Shown piece after piece: positions 41,745 to 54,336 of a stretch of DNA of 63,672 bases (positions within the stretch are counted from its first letter, which is position 1; every line of letters begins with the position of its first letter). The stretch comes from Octopus bimaculoides (Eukaryota): contig NC_068999.1 of the NCBI RefSeq assembly GCF_001194135.2, positions 20,887,571 to 20,951,242 of the forward strand. Reading direction: 5' to 3'. The notes under the pieces were generated by a model. It saw only the letters and a program-made list of their open reading frames with translations. It ran no database searches and had not been told where the DNA came from. Made by a program: the position numbers and the translations under genes.

Positions 41745-42160
41745 AGGCGAAGTATAGGCCACTTATAATTGAATTCCATGTCGCATAATTTTTCACTTCT
41801 GTACTTATACTCTGCCATGAATACCCCCCCCCCTTTCTCTAGTTCCTTTTGTGTTGATCTACTCCACGAGTTCTTAGGCCTACATTTTTTTCTATATCCA
41901 TCCGGATTCCACTGTAAAGCACTTTTCGCTACATTTGGTGTGGCTTTTCTAATTGTGCTACCAATCCACTTCCACTTTTTCTTAAATATTTGCTCTCTAA
42001 TCGAAACTTGATTCGTTCTTTACCATAGCTCAATATTGCTTATGTGTTCGGGTCATCTAATTTTAAGTATACTACGCAAGCATCTGTTGATGAAAGATTG
42101 TATTTGCTTATTTGACTTAACTGTTGTTCGCCACGTCTCAGCCCCATACAATAACACCGC
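41745..42160 (-). mobile_element. RTE-clade LINE, 3' end of ORF
   Basis: Minus-strand AVLLYGAETWRTTVKSNKQIQSFINRCLRSILKIR*PEHISNIELW*RTNQ..KWKWIGSTIRK..ALQWNPDG.RK..RPKNSWSRS: typical RTE C-terminus. Confidence 0.88.
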
Positions 42161-43492
42161 TTTTAAATATGGTACACAATTTATATCTATTAAGCTACTA
42201 CATACACAAGTATTTTTATTTAAACTATAACTGTCTCTTAGACCGCATTGCTACTGAAATACGTTTCCTATACAAAGCATTTAATTTCGAAAATAAACGA
42301 AGTTAATTCACCTTCATCAGTCATATCTCTGTGATGTTGCTGGTTTTGTTTGTAGCTCACTTTTTCTCTGCCTGTTCGTCTCTATTCCGCTCTCTCTCTC
42401 TCCCTTTCTCTATCTCTTTCTCTCTCTCACCCTCTCACATACGTACGCGCAAGCGCACACAAACACACATACACACACATAAACACACGTGCGCACACAT
42501 AAGCACACGTATACATACACATACTTATACGCGAACTGGATGAGGAAACAGAAGCCTGAAAAAAGATATTTAAGTTAGTCGTTGGCATATATGTGAGAAC
42601 AAATAAGACAAGAAACTTATGTTGAATACAAACATAACAGACGAGTTCAATAAATGTATTACACTACAAAGTAGTAACAAACTACTGAATATCAGAAAGT
42701 AATGTTGACACAAACTCGCATAGATATAACGTGAGTTTGTCTAATTGTTTTCCATTTTTTTATTTGGTTTGAAAAAGTGAATGGAAATAACGATACGCAT
42801 GTGCTCATATATATATATATATATATATNNNNNNNNNNNNNNNNNNNNNNNNNNNNNNNNNNNNNNNNNNNNNNNNNNNNNNNNNNNNNNNNNNNNNNNN
42901 NNNNNNNNNNNNNNNNNNNNNNNNNNNNNNNNNNNNNNNNNNNNNNNNNNNNNNNNNNNNNNNNNNNNNNNNNNNNNNNNNNNNNNNNNNNNNNNNNNNN
43001 NNNNNNNNNNNNNNNNNNNNNNNNNNNNNNNNNNNNNNNNNNNNNNNNNNNNNNNNNNNNNNNNNNNNNNNNNNNNNNNNNNNNNNNNNNNNNNNNNNNN
43101 NNNNNNNNNNNNNNNNNNNNNNNNNNNNNNNNNNNNNNNNNNNNNNNNNNNNNNNNNNNNNNNNNNNNNNNNNNNNNNNNNNNNNNNNNNNNNNNNNNNN
43201 NNNNNNNNNNNNNNNNNNNNNNNNNNNNNNNNNNNNNNNNNNNNNNNNNNNNNNNNNNNNNNNNNNNNNNNNNNNNNNNNNNNNNNNNNNNNNNNNNNNN
43301 NNNNNNNNNNNNNNNNNNNNNNNNNNNNNNNNNNNNNNNNNNNNNNNNNNNNNNNNNNNNNNNNNNNNNNNNNNNNNNNNNNNNNNNNNNNNNNNNNNNN
43401 NNNNNNNNNNNNNNNNNNNNNNNNNNNNNNNNNNNNNNNNNNNNNNNNNNNNNNNNNNNNNNNNNNNNNNNNNNNNNNNNNNNNNNNNNNNN

Positions 43493-43533
<41 letters not shown>

Positions 43534-44969
43534 ATGGGTATGACGATAAACTACATCCAGGAACAAAGCCTTTGATTAGACGTTTGGATGCTCTGAGGAG
43601 TGTGGAATAACCTCCTATTTGCTGTTGCTTCCAAGTCCACCGTGACCTGGAGTGGTAGCACTTGTTAGCATTCTAATTATGGGCAAATAAATAGAGAACC
43701 TGACAGATGTCGGTCACTCATCGGCTAAGGTTACATAGCTTATTTACCGAAATTTCAGCACCTTAAGATCGAAACCGCAGTCAATCCCAGTGTCCTACTT
43801 CTGAATAAAGAGTGATTTACTACGCCCAGAGATAAGACTCAGGTCCTTAGTCTTCAAATCATACCATATTTTATTTTAAGAAATTATTTTCCATCTGTAG
43901 CTTTCAAACTCAGCTATTCTCTTTTGATTGTTTGATATTTAATAGCCTCACCTTATAAATATTCAAGTCAGACAAATGTTAGCCATTTCTGTTAATGGAA
44001 ATAATGTACATGTTTTAGCGGTGGGATTTTGACAACATAATGTTTACGAAATGATTGCTGAAGTTTTGTAGGCTTTTCACGATCTAGCTAATATTTATTC
44101 TTCTCAGCTTAAAAGCAATACAAAAGAAAAAGAAAAGTTTGAAACAACGAAGAGAACTTGAAAATGTACCATGTGGTTAAGGAAATACAAAAACAGAAGT
44201 TTGTTTACCCACTATCAAGGGAGTGGTAATGATTTCGGAATTACAGAGATTACTCATGAATAATTCGGGTTTTAATAGTCACAGGAAAACCTGTGTTATA
44301 GGAAAAATCGGTGAAATAATTCGTTCTTTTTCATAGGAAAATAAGGAAGAATTATCACTTTGCTTTCTCTTCAGGAAAGGGCATTACCATATTTCTAAAT
44401 ATTTATTCTCGTCGTAGTAAGACGTGATTGTCTAAGAATAATGTATAGTTGGAAGTTATTAAGAAACGTCTCACTGGTACAGAAAATATAGAATAGCAAG
44501 CTGACATATTTTCGTTCTACAATCTGCGGTAAGAAAATTCCTCGATTCATTTTTAATCATTGTTATGTGTTGTTGTTATTAATGCTGCTCTTGTTTTTCT
44601 TGTCTTTTTCTAGTCTTACAGTAGCCCTGATCAAGGAGATGTGTTAGAATTCATTCTAGCAATTGGGCGTCAAACCTTTTTATAGTTTATTTCAGACTAC
44701 ATCGTGAACCGTCATTTTGTTCTTAAACCTGTTGCGGAAGCACATCGGTAACAACAAATGAATTGGCTCGTACGACGAACATCAGAAATTCAACTGATTT
44801 CTTTCCAAAAATCCTTTTTACCATTTGGGCTTTCACTTTAATGCAACAAAGCTTATAGAATTTCCATTTATAGTTAATCCTTAACCACACTTGAAACAGC
44901 CCTGTATCAAGAGCAAAAACAATATTTTATACATTTGTAATTGTGATTCACCATATTATATATTTAATG

Positions 44970-45330
44970 ATATCGTATCAAGACTGCTCGGTTGTTTCGT
45001 TTGCAGATAATTTCAAATTGAGAAATGTATCTTTGACTGAGATATAAGCCCTTGTGGTCATAATATTTCTCATTAGATTTAATCTTATTATAGCGAGAAT
45101 TTCACCATTTTGAATTAATTCGTATTACTCTAACATCCTCTGCACTTAAACGACATCATATCAAGACTACTTGGACTTATCAATAGATATTTCACACTAA
45201 GAAATATAGGTTTGATTGACATATACAGCTCTGTGATCATAATATTTTAGATTAGATTTAGTCTTAATATGTAGATTTTTACAAAATAATGAGATCAAGC
45301 GTAGGCAATTCCTTATCTCTAACGTACACG
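44970..45330. repeat. Diverged tandem duplication, period ~183 bp
   Basis: TATCAAGACT at 44976 and 45159; downstream blocks align (..GTGGTCATAATATTTCTCATTAGATTTAATCTTA vs ..GTGATCATAATATTTTAGATTAGATTTAGTCTTA). Confidence 0.75.
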
Positions 45331-45583
45331 TGGGAAAAGTAATTGACAAAGGATGATTAACTAAGATTCAGAACAGACGACACACGGTATATTATAAACA
45401 TAAAACCAGGATACAAATAAAGGATTGCATTTAACGCACACATTATAAAGACGGAGATCAGAGGAATAGAATGGTAAAGAATATTCATAAAAAGAAGTAA
45501 CCAAAGAAAAAGACCTTACTCAAAATTGATAAAGGCAAATAATAAGGAGTAAGGCAGAAATTATTGCTTAAAGATTCATTTGA

Positions 45584-45623
<40 letters not shown>

Positions 45624-45674
45624 TCATGCATCTATGTATGTATGTATTCATGCATCTATGTATGTATGTATGTA

Positions 45675-45830
45675 ATTGTTTCTGATTTCAGCACAAGGCC
45701 AGCAATCTTAAAGAGAGTCGTTAAGTCGATAACATCGTTCTCACCACTTGATTGGTATTTCATGTTTATTTCTTTTTACCGACACCAGGGCGATGAAGAC
45801 AAAACTGGACCCGGTGTGATTTGAAATTAA
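45675..45830 (-). mobile_element. Degraded tRNA-head SINE family 2 copy
   Basis: GTTTCTGATTTCAGCACAAGGCCAGCAATC..AAGTCGATAACATCG..TTGGTATTT. Confidence 0.65.
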
Positions 45831-45909
45831 CTATTTCTAGACACTCTTACGATACTGCAAGTTCAAAATCTTCAACAATAATAATGATTACTTTAACATT
45901 ATGTTTACC

Positions 45910-45969
<60 letters not shown>

Positions 45970-46089
45970 CATTTCTACTATAGGCACACGGCCTGAAATG
46001 TTAGGGGAGGCTTTTGTCAATTACATAGACCCTCCAAGTGTTCAACTGGTTCTTATTTTAAGTCAAGACGTATTTATTTCAATTGATAC

Positions 46090-46520
46090 TTACTTCCAGG
46101 CAAGACGTGGTTCGATCATAAACCACTGAGAGTCGTTAGATCGGAGATTTGCAAAGTCTTGTTGGATTTTCCAATCCAAACGGGCGAGGTGCTTGAGCAC
46201 AGTAATCCGGAACTAGTGGTGATAGACAAGGTGCGTCACAAATGATTCATAGTTGATGTTGCGTTCCCCTTTGACCCACGAATAGTTAAGAAGGTATGAG
46301 AAATATTAGGCTTATACAATCTTCTTGAACACATGACATGTCGCGTGTGTAAAATGAAAAAGGTGAAGATTACGCCAATCATTGTTGGGGGCCTTGAAGA
46401 TTGTATCAGAAGGTATTAAGAGGAATATATATTAAAAGGGAATAGAGAGCCCAGAAGAGCTCTTATAAAAAGCCTGCCACGTTGACACGACCACGATCAT
46501 CAAGAAAGTATTAGATATAT
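46090..46520 (+). mobile_element. R4/Dong-like LINE RLE fragment
   Basis: WFDHKPLRVVRSEICKVLLDFPIQTGEVLEHSNPELVVIDKVRHK*FIVDVAFPFDPRIVKK..MKKVKITPIIVGGL. Confidence 0.8.
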
Positions 46521-46547
46521 AAAGAGAACAGATAGCATGGAATCATA

Positions 46548-46574
46548 GGCTACTACTACTACTACTACTACTAC

Positions 46575-46622
<48 letters not shown>

Positions 46623-46700
46623 CGATGATGATGATGACGATGATGATGATGACGATGATGATGATGACGATGATGATGATGACGATGATGATGATGACGA
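46548..46700. repeat. (CTA)n followed by (GAT)n with periodic GAC units
   Basis: Direct reading; GAC recurs every 15 bp from ~46621. Confidence 0.95.
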
Positions 46701-46854
46701 TAGTAAACCCACAACCTCCACTGGCTACTATGCGGTAAGTATGGGTATGAGGTTACGGTACCTACATACACCGGAAAGGTTGGTACCAACATACACCGGA
46801 AAGGTAAAGAACAAAAAGGGGAAGGCAAAAAATCCTTTGATTTCTAGACAGACA

Positions 46855-47165
46855 AAGTGTTAGAGCACCGAAGGCCGGATAAAGTATCCTTTTGGAGAGA
46901 CAAACAAGAGTACCTAATATGTTGATCCAGGAGATCCACATATTATCATGAAAGAGAAAAAGTTGATAAATATGGAGACCTGAGAATTGAGATCGCTAAG
47001 AAGTGGGAGCTACGAGGGTCTATTGTCATCGAAGCACCACCCAATCTGAAAAAAAAAACATCTGAAAGCATTAAAGATACCCTACAATCTAGACGTATTG
47101 CAAAAGTCGGCATTACTTGGAACTGCCCGCATATTACGTAAAGTAGACTGTCTGAGGTCCTTGTT
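46855..47165 (+). mobile_element. R4/Dong-like LINE RLE C-terminus (separate copy)
   Basis: LEHRRPD..DPGDPHII..VDKYGDLRIEIAKKWEL..HLKALKIPYNLDVLQKSALLGTARILRKV; the 3' flank ends in (AAT)n at ~47254-47286. Confidence 0.82.
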
Positions 47166-47252
47166 GTCACTTGAAAAAAGATACAAACCCCCGGTAGACA
47201 GAATATCTTCAATCAACAACCTGACGGTATTGTATACTGTTAGACATCTATC

Positions 47253-47286
<34 letters not shown>

Positions 47287-48997
47287 TTTTTTAAATGATT
47301 GACGTAACTCTTCACAAAGGTAAACAGGCAAGCCGAAGAGCGCGATTCGATTGTAATAGATATTTTATTGGTTGAACGATATTTCGACAGTAAGTCTGTC
47401 TTTGTCAAGTTCAAACTAAGAGATGATAAAAATTCAAAATTATAGAAATTTAAATTTAAAATATGGACGAGAGCAACCGGCGTCCACACGTTGATGGAAT
47501 GACATCATGAGTCTTTAAGTTTCAATTTTATAACAGGCGAAAAGAAAAAGACAGAAAAAAGATATTCTCTTGTCATTTTATTCATTCCTCCAGTGCATGA
47601 TGTTAATAATCCGCAGACATATTTCTCCTCATGCATCCGAGAAGTGAAAGTGAAGTAGATTCAGAATATTTCCTGAGAATAAGCACTTTCAAATCTTTTT
47701 TTTTTTTTAATTGCAGCCGTTTTAATTGTTCTGTTGTACAGCCAACATAAATCAAGTTGTGTTTCGTGCATTCTTGGTAAAATTCTTAACATACACATAC
47801 ATGTATATTTCTGTATGTGTGTGTGCGCGCGCGCGTCCAGTGTGTGTGTGCGCGCGCGCGCACGTGTACTCTTCTGTTTTAGAACCAGAATCCCATTCAT
47901 CTTGACCAATGCCATTCATAGCAATGTTGTTCTTATCGTCAGAGATATCAATGACAGTTGCACCCCAATTTTTCATATAATTCTTACCTCAATCCCAGAT
48001 TGTTATCTTTTTTGAATCCCTATCCTTATCTAATCATAACTTTCCAAGCACCTATATGCTTTTTAATGCAAATAATGTTGACTTGGATTATGTTCACCTG
48101 AACAAGATCCCTTAGAAAATCGCACACTGTACCAAACAGTAAACACATTTACACAATCTTCGCCACTCCAGTCACCGATTTTCAGGTTCCAAAATGAACC
48201 AGTTACGCACCAGTAGGATTCTATTTTTCCGATGAAGAGCTCTACAGGCTGAACCTTCCCTTACCTCATGTTTCCCAACGGACGTAAATTGGAATTACAC
48301 ATTAATAACTTCAGTTAAGTGTTAATCAACAGTTATTTTCATTTAGGACAATAGATAGGAAAATCTCTACCAACTTGCTCAGCTTTTTCTGAAGACTTTC
48401 GAACGAAGGATTTGCAACATTCAGTATAACCCAAAACAATTTTGATAAGGTCCCATTTCGCAGCAACCGCTTTTGTGCCTAAGGAAACCAGCAACACCAG
48501 GCTCCGACTGTATCTTTTAAAACGAACATCCAGCTGCCTTTAAGCCAAACTCTTTCACAAAATTAGCTCTTCGTGTTACTCCGTAAATTTATTAAAGTTT
48601 TCTGAAGCTCCTAATCCAGAATGTCCACATCATCTAAAATAGGCTATGAGAACAAGGTCTCAAACATTCTCCAATAACAATTAGATTTCTTTAGGTGCTA
48701 CGCAAGGAACTCTCAGTTATGCTTTCCTCACCCTTGTGAAACATTAACTAATGCGACCCAAGTATAAGGATTAATAGGAATAAATACAAGATCATCGTGA
48801 TCTTTTCTTTCGTCTCCACAACTATGCATATATACGCACTCCACTTCCTCACACACATATGTATGCATACATTCACTTATATATATATATATCTATATAT
48901 ATATATATATATATATATACTGCTGCCATCCAAAGGAATTGGTATAAAAAACAGAAAACCAGCCAACTTATTACAGTCTGTTAAAGACTGTCATACC

Positions 48998-49037
48998 GGC
49001 CATGACGAAGGGAAATAGCCCTGAAACTCGAGTCGCC
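48998..49037 (+). ncRNA. Minimal type-I hammerhead-ribozyme-like motif (variant core)
   Basis: GGC-CATGACGA-AGGG aaatag CCCT-GAAAC tcga GTC-GCC: helix I (3 bp), near-CUGANGA core with an extra or substituted base, helix II (4 bp), GAAA, palindromic ACTCGAGT helix III, GUC triplet. Activity unknown. Confidence 0.65.
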
Positions 49038-49689
49038 TTTATATATATATATTTATATTTATATATTTATATATTTGATCCTTTATATTGAACACTCAAT
49101 ATTTCATCTACATTCAATACTTTATTTCATGGTGCCATCCATTTTTATTTTATTTTATATTATATATTGTATATTATATTATATATTGTATATTCCATAT
49201 TCTNNNNNNNNNNNNNNNNNNNNNNNNNNNNNNNNNNNNNNNNNNNNNNNNNNNNNNNNNNNNNNNNNNNNNNNNNNNNNNNNNNNNNNNNNNNNNNNNN
49301 NNNNNNNNNNNNNNNNNNNNNNNNNNNNNNNNNNNNNNNNNNNNNNNNNNNNNNNNNNNNNNNNNNNNNNNNNNNNNNNNNNNNNNNNNNNNNNNNNNNN
49401 NNNNNNNNNNNNNNNNNNNNNNNNNNNNNNNNNNNNNNNNNNNNNNNNNNNNNNNNNNNNNNNNNNNNNNNNNNNNNNNNNNNNNNNNNNNNNNNNNNNN
49501 NNNNNNNNNNNNNNNNNNNNNNNNNNNNNNNNNNNNNNNNNNNNNNNNNNNNNNNNNNNNNNNNNNNNNNNNNNNNNNNNNNNNNNNNNNNNNNNNNNNN
49601 NNNNNNNNNNNNNNNNNNNNNNNNNNNNNNNNNNNNNNNNNNNNNNNNNNNNNNNNNNGTGTGTGTTCGTATATGGATGTGTATTTGAT

Positions 49690-49733
<44 letters not shown>

Positions 49734-50061
49734 GGTGCATATGTGTGCATACTATGTTGCGTTTCAGACAAAGAGCTGGATAATTTGAAACGAAGGGGAA
49801 AAGAAAATAAAACTGACGAGAATGAACGAATGGACAAGGAATAAATACACATAATGAGTTGACATTGAGATGAATGTGTATAGAAGCTGATGACAATATC
49901 TCTCAAGTGTGTTTATTGTAACACCTCATTCACTGTAGCGGCTGTATTGATTTTATGTCAATAGACGTGGATTAATGCCCGGTACACCAGGTAAGCTGTG
50001 ATAATGACGTCGGTATATGAGATTTTACGCGCACGCATTACTACTCTCTATGAGTCTGTGC

Positions 50062-50136
<75 letters not shown>

Positions 50137-50185
50137 CGTGTGTGCGTGTGCGCGCGTGCATGGATGATGCAAGTATGTATATACG

Positions 50186-50258
<73 letters not shown>

Positions 50259-50312
50259 ATATGTGTGCGCGTGTATGTATGTTTGTATGGATGATGCAAG
50301 TATGTATATACG

Positions 50313-50373
<61 letters not shown>

Positions 50374-50874
50374 GCATACATATACATACATAGTATACGT
50401 ATATACTTATAAATGCATACATATACACATACACACATACACACACACACACATGTGTATATAGCATACATATATACATACACGCGTGCGTACGTACATA
50501 ATCACTTACATATATGTGCGTGAGTGCGTGTGTGTGTGTGTATGTCTGAGTGTAAGTGTGTATGTCTGTGTGTAAGTGTGTATGTTTATGTGTGCGTGTC
50601 TGTATGTACTGTGTGTATGTAAGTAAATGCAATTTTGACGACTAGGTAGGTGTGTGCTCTGCTGTCTCGAGATCCTACGATCGATCCCATAGACAGTTTG
50701 GTTTTACCATGACATTTATGTTGTGCTTTACATATTGTAACATACTGATAGTAACATCGTATCAACGAAACGATACTCTCTGAACAAAGCAGTTATTTAA
50801 TCGTTATTCACGAAATATGTGACGTATACAAATTTGTTTATCCAGTATATTGTTTAACCTTCAATAGGAATGAG

Positions 50875-51235
50875 TAAGGTGGCGAACTAGCAGAGTCTTT
50901 ACTTCGCCTCAAAAAATGTTTAGAGTCTGACTCAACGTTTTGAGTTCCAATTCCGCCGAGTCGATTTTGTCTCTCATCCTGACAGAGTCGATAAAATAAG
51001 AACCAGCAGAGCCCTGGGATCGATGTAATGGATCTACCCCACTACACACAGACATACACTAAATTGCTGGCCTCTGACAGAATTTGAATCCAACTTCAAT
51101 TTCCGCCGAGGTTGAATTTGCCTTTTATTCTTTCGAAGTCGATAAAATTAATATCAGTTAAGCAGTGAGGTTCATGTGATAGACTACAGCCTTCCCCGGA
51201 AACTTCAGGCTTTGTGCCTATAACAGAAATAAATA
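50875..51235 (+). mobile_element. tRNA-head SINE family 2, one full and one partial copy in tandem
   Basis: GGTGGCGAACTAGCAGA..GAGTTCCAATTCCGCCGAG..GTCGATAAAATAAG..CTGGGATCGATGTAAT..TTGCTGGCCT, then AATTTCCGCCGAGGTTGAATTTGCCTTT..GTCGATAAAATT..TTTGTGCCTATA. Confidence 0.8.
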
Positions 51236-52021
51236 TCAGTTAGTTTATAATCAATATATTTATGAACACTCACCGTTAGGACACAGTTGTAGGTGACTGA
51301 CTCAAAGGAATCATAACATAGGCACAGCTGTTTATCCTAGTCCTGTTGCAGGTATATTGCAAAGATAAGCCATAGTAAAGATGGACATAGTCAGAAAACA
51401 CAGCAATAGCAAAAACAAACCTATAAGTATTTATATTTTAGCAACAAAATATTCGATGAATTCAATGTATACATATCGATAGATACCCGTATCTTGGGTA
51501 AGTCTTTAAACTGCATACGAGAGTGCGGATCTGATACAAGAGTTTCAGTGCATTAAGGAGCGTTGAACCACTTCTTAATCACTAGTTCTTAAGTATCTTT
51601 TAAACTGGAGTAGTAACACTTATTAGGATCCCAGCTACGGGTTAATTAGCATATCAAGGTAACATATGTATGAGTGTGGGGACTGGATCCTTGAATTCCG
51701 AAGATGAAGCATTCACGACTCAACACAGCAGAAGGTCGTTGCGGCAATATGTTTTTAAGAGTAGACCCCAACATGAAGCAAAAAAGACATCTTGATCATC
51801 CACAACGTACGACTGTATTCCTAGTCATCTTCACTAGGACTGAAGATGGTTAAGGGCTTAAAATGGAGTGTGACAGTGCGCAACTGTTATTCGATTTAAA
51901 CGAAAGATACCGTGTTAGATTTCAGTCATCTTTAAGGAATATTAGATTTTCATCGTCGCATTCGACAGCCAAGCATGATACTGTTAGAAAGATAGTTTGA
52001 TAAATAGAGGGAGAGTGAAAC

Positions 52022-52059
<38 letters not shown>

Positions 52060-52082
52060 AGAGCGAGACATGTGCATGGATG

Positions 52083-52145
<63 letters not shown>

Positions 52146-53074
52146 NNNNNNNNNNNNNNNNNNNNNNNNNNNNNNNNNNNNNNNNNNNNNNNNNNNNNNN
52201 NNNNNNNNNNNNNNNNNNNNNNNNNNNNNNNNNNNNNNNNNNNNNNNNNNNNNNNNNNNNNNNNNNNNNNNNNNNNNNNNNNNNNNNNNNNNNNNNNNTA
52301 TATATATATATATATGAATATATGTATAGACGTACACATATATGCGTCTATATTTATTCATATATATATATATATATATATGTCTCTAATGTATTTCGAT
52401 GTGTATAAATATATATGCATACACACACGCACACACACACAAACATATAGATAGATACATACATACATACATACATACATACACATACATGTACACATGA
52501 CTGCGTGTGAATTCGTATGTGAATGCACTTGTGCATGTATCGGCTACTCACTGATGAAAGTCAACAAACACCTCGTAGCTGTATTAGAACGTGTCAAATG
52601 ATAAAATAGATTGTCACAGAAAATCCAACAGCTAACATTAACTAGAAACGAAAATAGACGGGCGCCATTTGGATATCGGTTTATTAAAATGCCCAGTGCA
52701 ATACGCGAGAAGGAGTTATTAGTGAAGGACTATCTACCCGAGTAAAATACTTTATTAGACCTCACTATAACCGGTTAACAATATTGTTTAGATCAGTAAA
52801 GAACGCCGTGTATTCTACTGCCCACATTTCTGTTGTTTTTAATCTGTGGTTGTGCTACCCTAGTTATACTGGTTTTTACAGCCTTATATAGAAGACTGAT
52901 TTTGTCTTTTATATGCAGTAGTACCTCGGTTTTCTAACGACTCTGATCACGAATAAATCGTGCTTTATCTCATGTCTTTCTCATATTCATCTAACTGAGT
53001 AGTACCTCGGTTTACGAAGGCCTCCGATCACGAATAAATCGTGTTATATATATATATATAGTCTGTCAGATACC

Positions 53075-53119
53075 GACCATGATGAAATACCAAAACTGTA
53101 TTAAAAATACGTATTCGCC
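53075..53119 (+). ncRNA. Second hammerhead-like motif of the same small repeat (degenerate)
   Basis: GAC-CATGATGA-AATAC caaaact GTATT-AAA-AATACGTATT-C-GCC: helix II (5 bp), GAA changed to AAA, 10-bp palindromic helix III, UUC triplet. Flanks are homologous to 48985-49190. Confidence 0.5.
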
Positions 53120-53725
53120 TTTATATATTTAATCCTTTATATTGAGCACTCAATATTTCATATATTCAATAAGACATATTCCATATATTCAATAAGACAT
53201 TCAATACTTCATTTCATTGTACCATCCATTTTTTATATTATATATTATATATTCCCTATTCTATATCCCACATTAATTTTAAAAGAATATATATAATACA
53301 TAAAAAACAGACAGAGTTGGAACTCATTTAATAAAATAATATATTCCTCTATACACGATCATACAAAACCCTCTTTTTTTATATTTATTGTTACTCACAC
53401 ACACANNNNNNNNNNNNNNNNNNNNNNNNNNNNNNNNNNNNNNNNNNNNNNNNNNNNNNNNNNNNNNNNNNNNNNNNNNNNNNNNNNNNNNNNNNNNNNN
53501 NNNNNNNNNNNNNNNNNNNNNNNNNNNNNNNNNNNNNNNNNNNNNNNNNNNNNNNNNNNNNNNNNNNNNNNNNNNNNNNNNNNNNNNNNNNNNNNNNNNN
53601 NNNNNNNNNNNNNNNNNNNNNNNNNNNNNNNNNNNNNNNNNNNNNNNNNNNNNNNNNNNNNNNNNNNNNNNNNNNNNNNNNNNNNNNNNNNNNNNNNNNN
53701 NNNNNNNNNNNNNNNNNNNNNNNNN

Positions 53726-53769
<44 letters not shown>

Positions 53770-54019
53770 ACATCGGAGTGACGCGCTTTTGTCCAAGCTG
53801 CACATTATGGAAGCACCAGACGCATTTCTGCCTACTTAAACCTTGTCTATGACGAGTAATATCTTGTCTTCTGTCGTAAACGGTAAATAAGGGTTCCGTA
53901 ATTTCTGGCTGAATAACCTGTACAGATGGCTTGCATATACAGATCAATATTTTTGCTTCACATTTGCTTCAGAGACGCATGAAATCAACATTGCCAGTAG
54001 AGTAGCACGTGTTATCACA

Positions 54020-54165
54020 CGACAAGCGTCGACGTGGGTACATATCTACATAAGATGAAACCTTTGGTCAATAATAGAATTCCCTGCCCGGTCCTGGAAT
54101 CGAGACGACCGCAATCTTGCGACCATGAGAGCAACACTCTAACCACTAGTCCACAAACCCTCAAA
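54020..54165 (-). mobile_element. tRNA-head SINE 5' part (OR2-like)
   Basis: Minus strand GGGTTTGTGGACTAGTGGTTAGAGTGTTGCTCTCATGGTCGCAAGATTGCGGTCGTCTCGATTCC has A-box/B-box-like spacing. Confidence 0.6.
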
Positions 54166-54227
54166 CCAAGGTTGATAGATAGATAGATACATACATACAT
54201 AGATACATACATACATACATACATACA

Positions 54228-54261
<34 letters not shown>

Positions 54262-54298
54262 CCGATGATGATGGTGATGATGGTGTTGATGATGATGC

Positions 54299-54336
<38 letters not shown>

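Noticed and set aside
48229-48256. CCGATGA-AGAGC tctacag GCT-GAACC, hammerhead-like
   Set aside because: Both core segments are damaged and no helix I or III is found; at best a decayed Penelope terminal motif.
51801-51847. Head-to-head (C/G)TGAAGATG motifs with a GACT/AGTC stem
   Set aside because: GAAA is missing on both strands and helix I does not form.
52917-53043. CRISPR-like repeat-spacer-repeat appearance
   Set aside because: Only two imperfect repeats, eukaryotic context and no cas genes.
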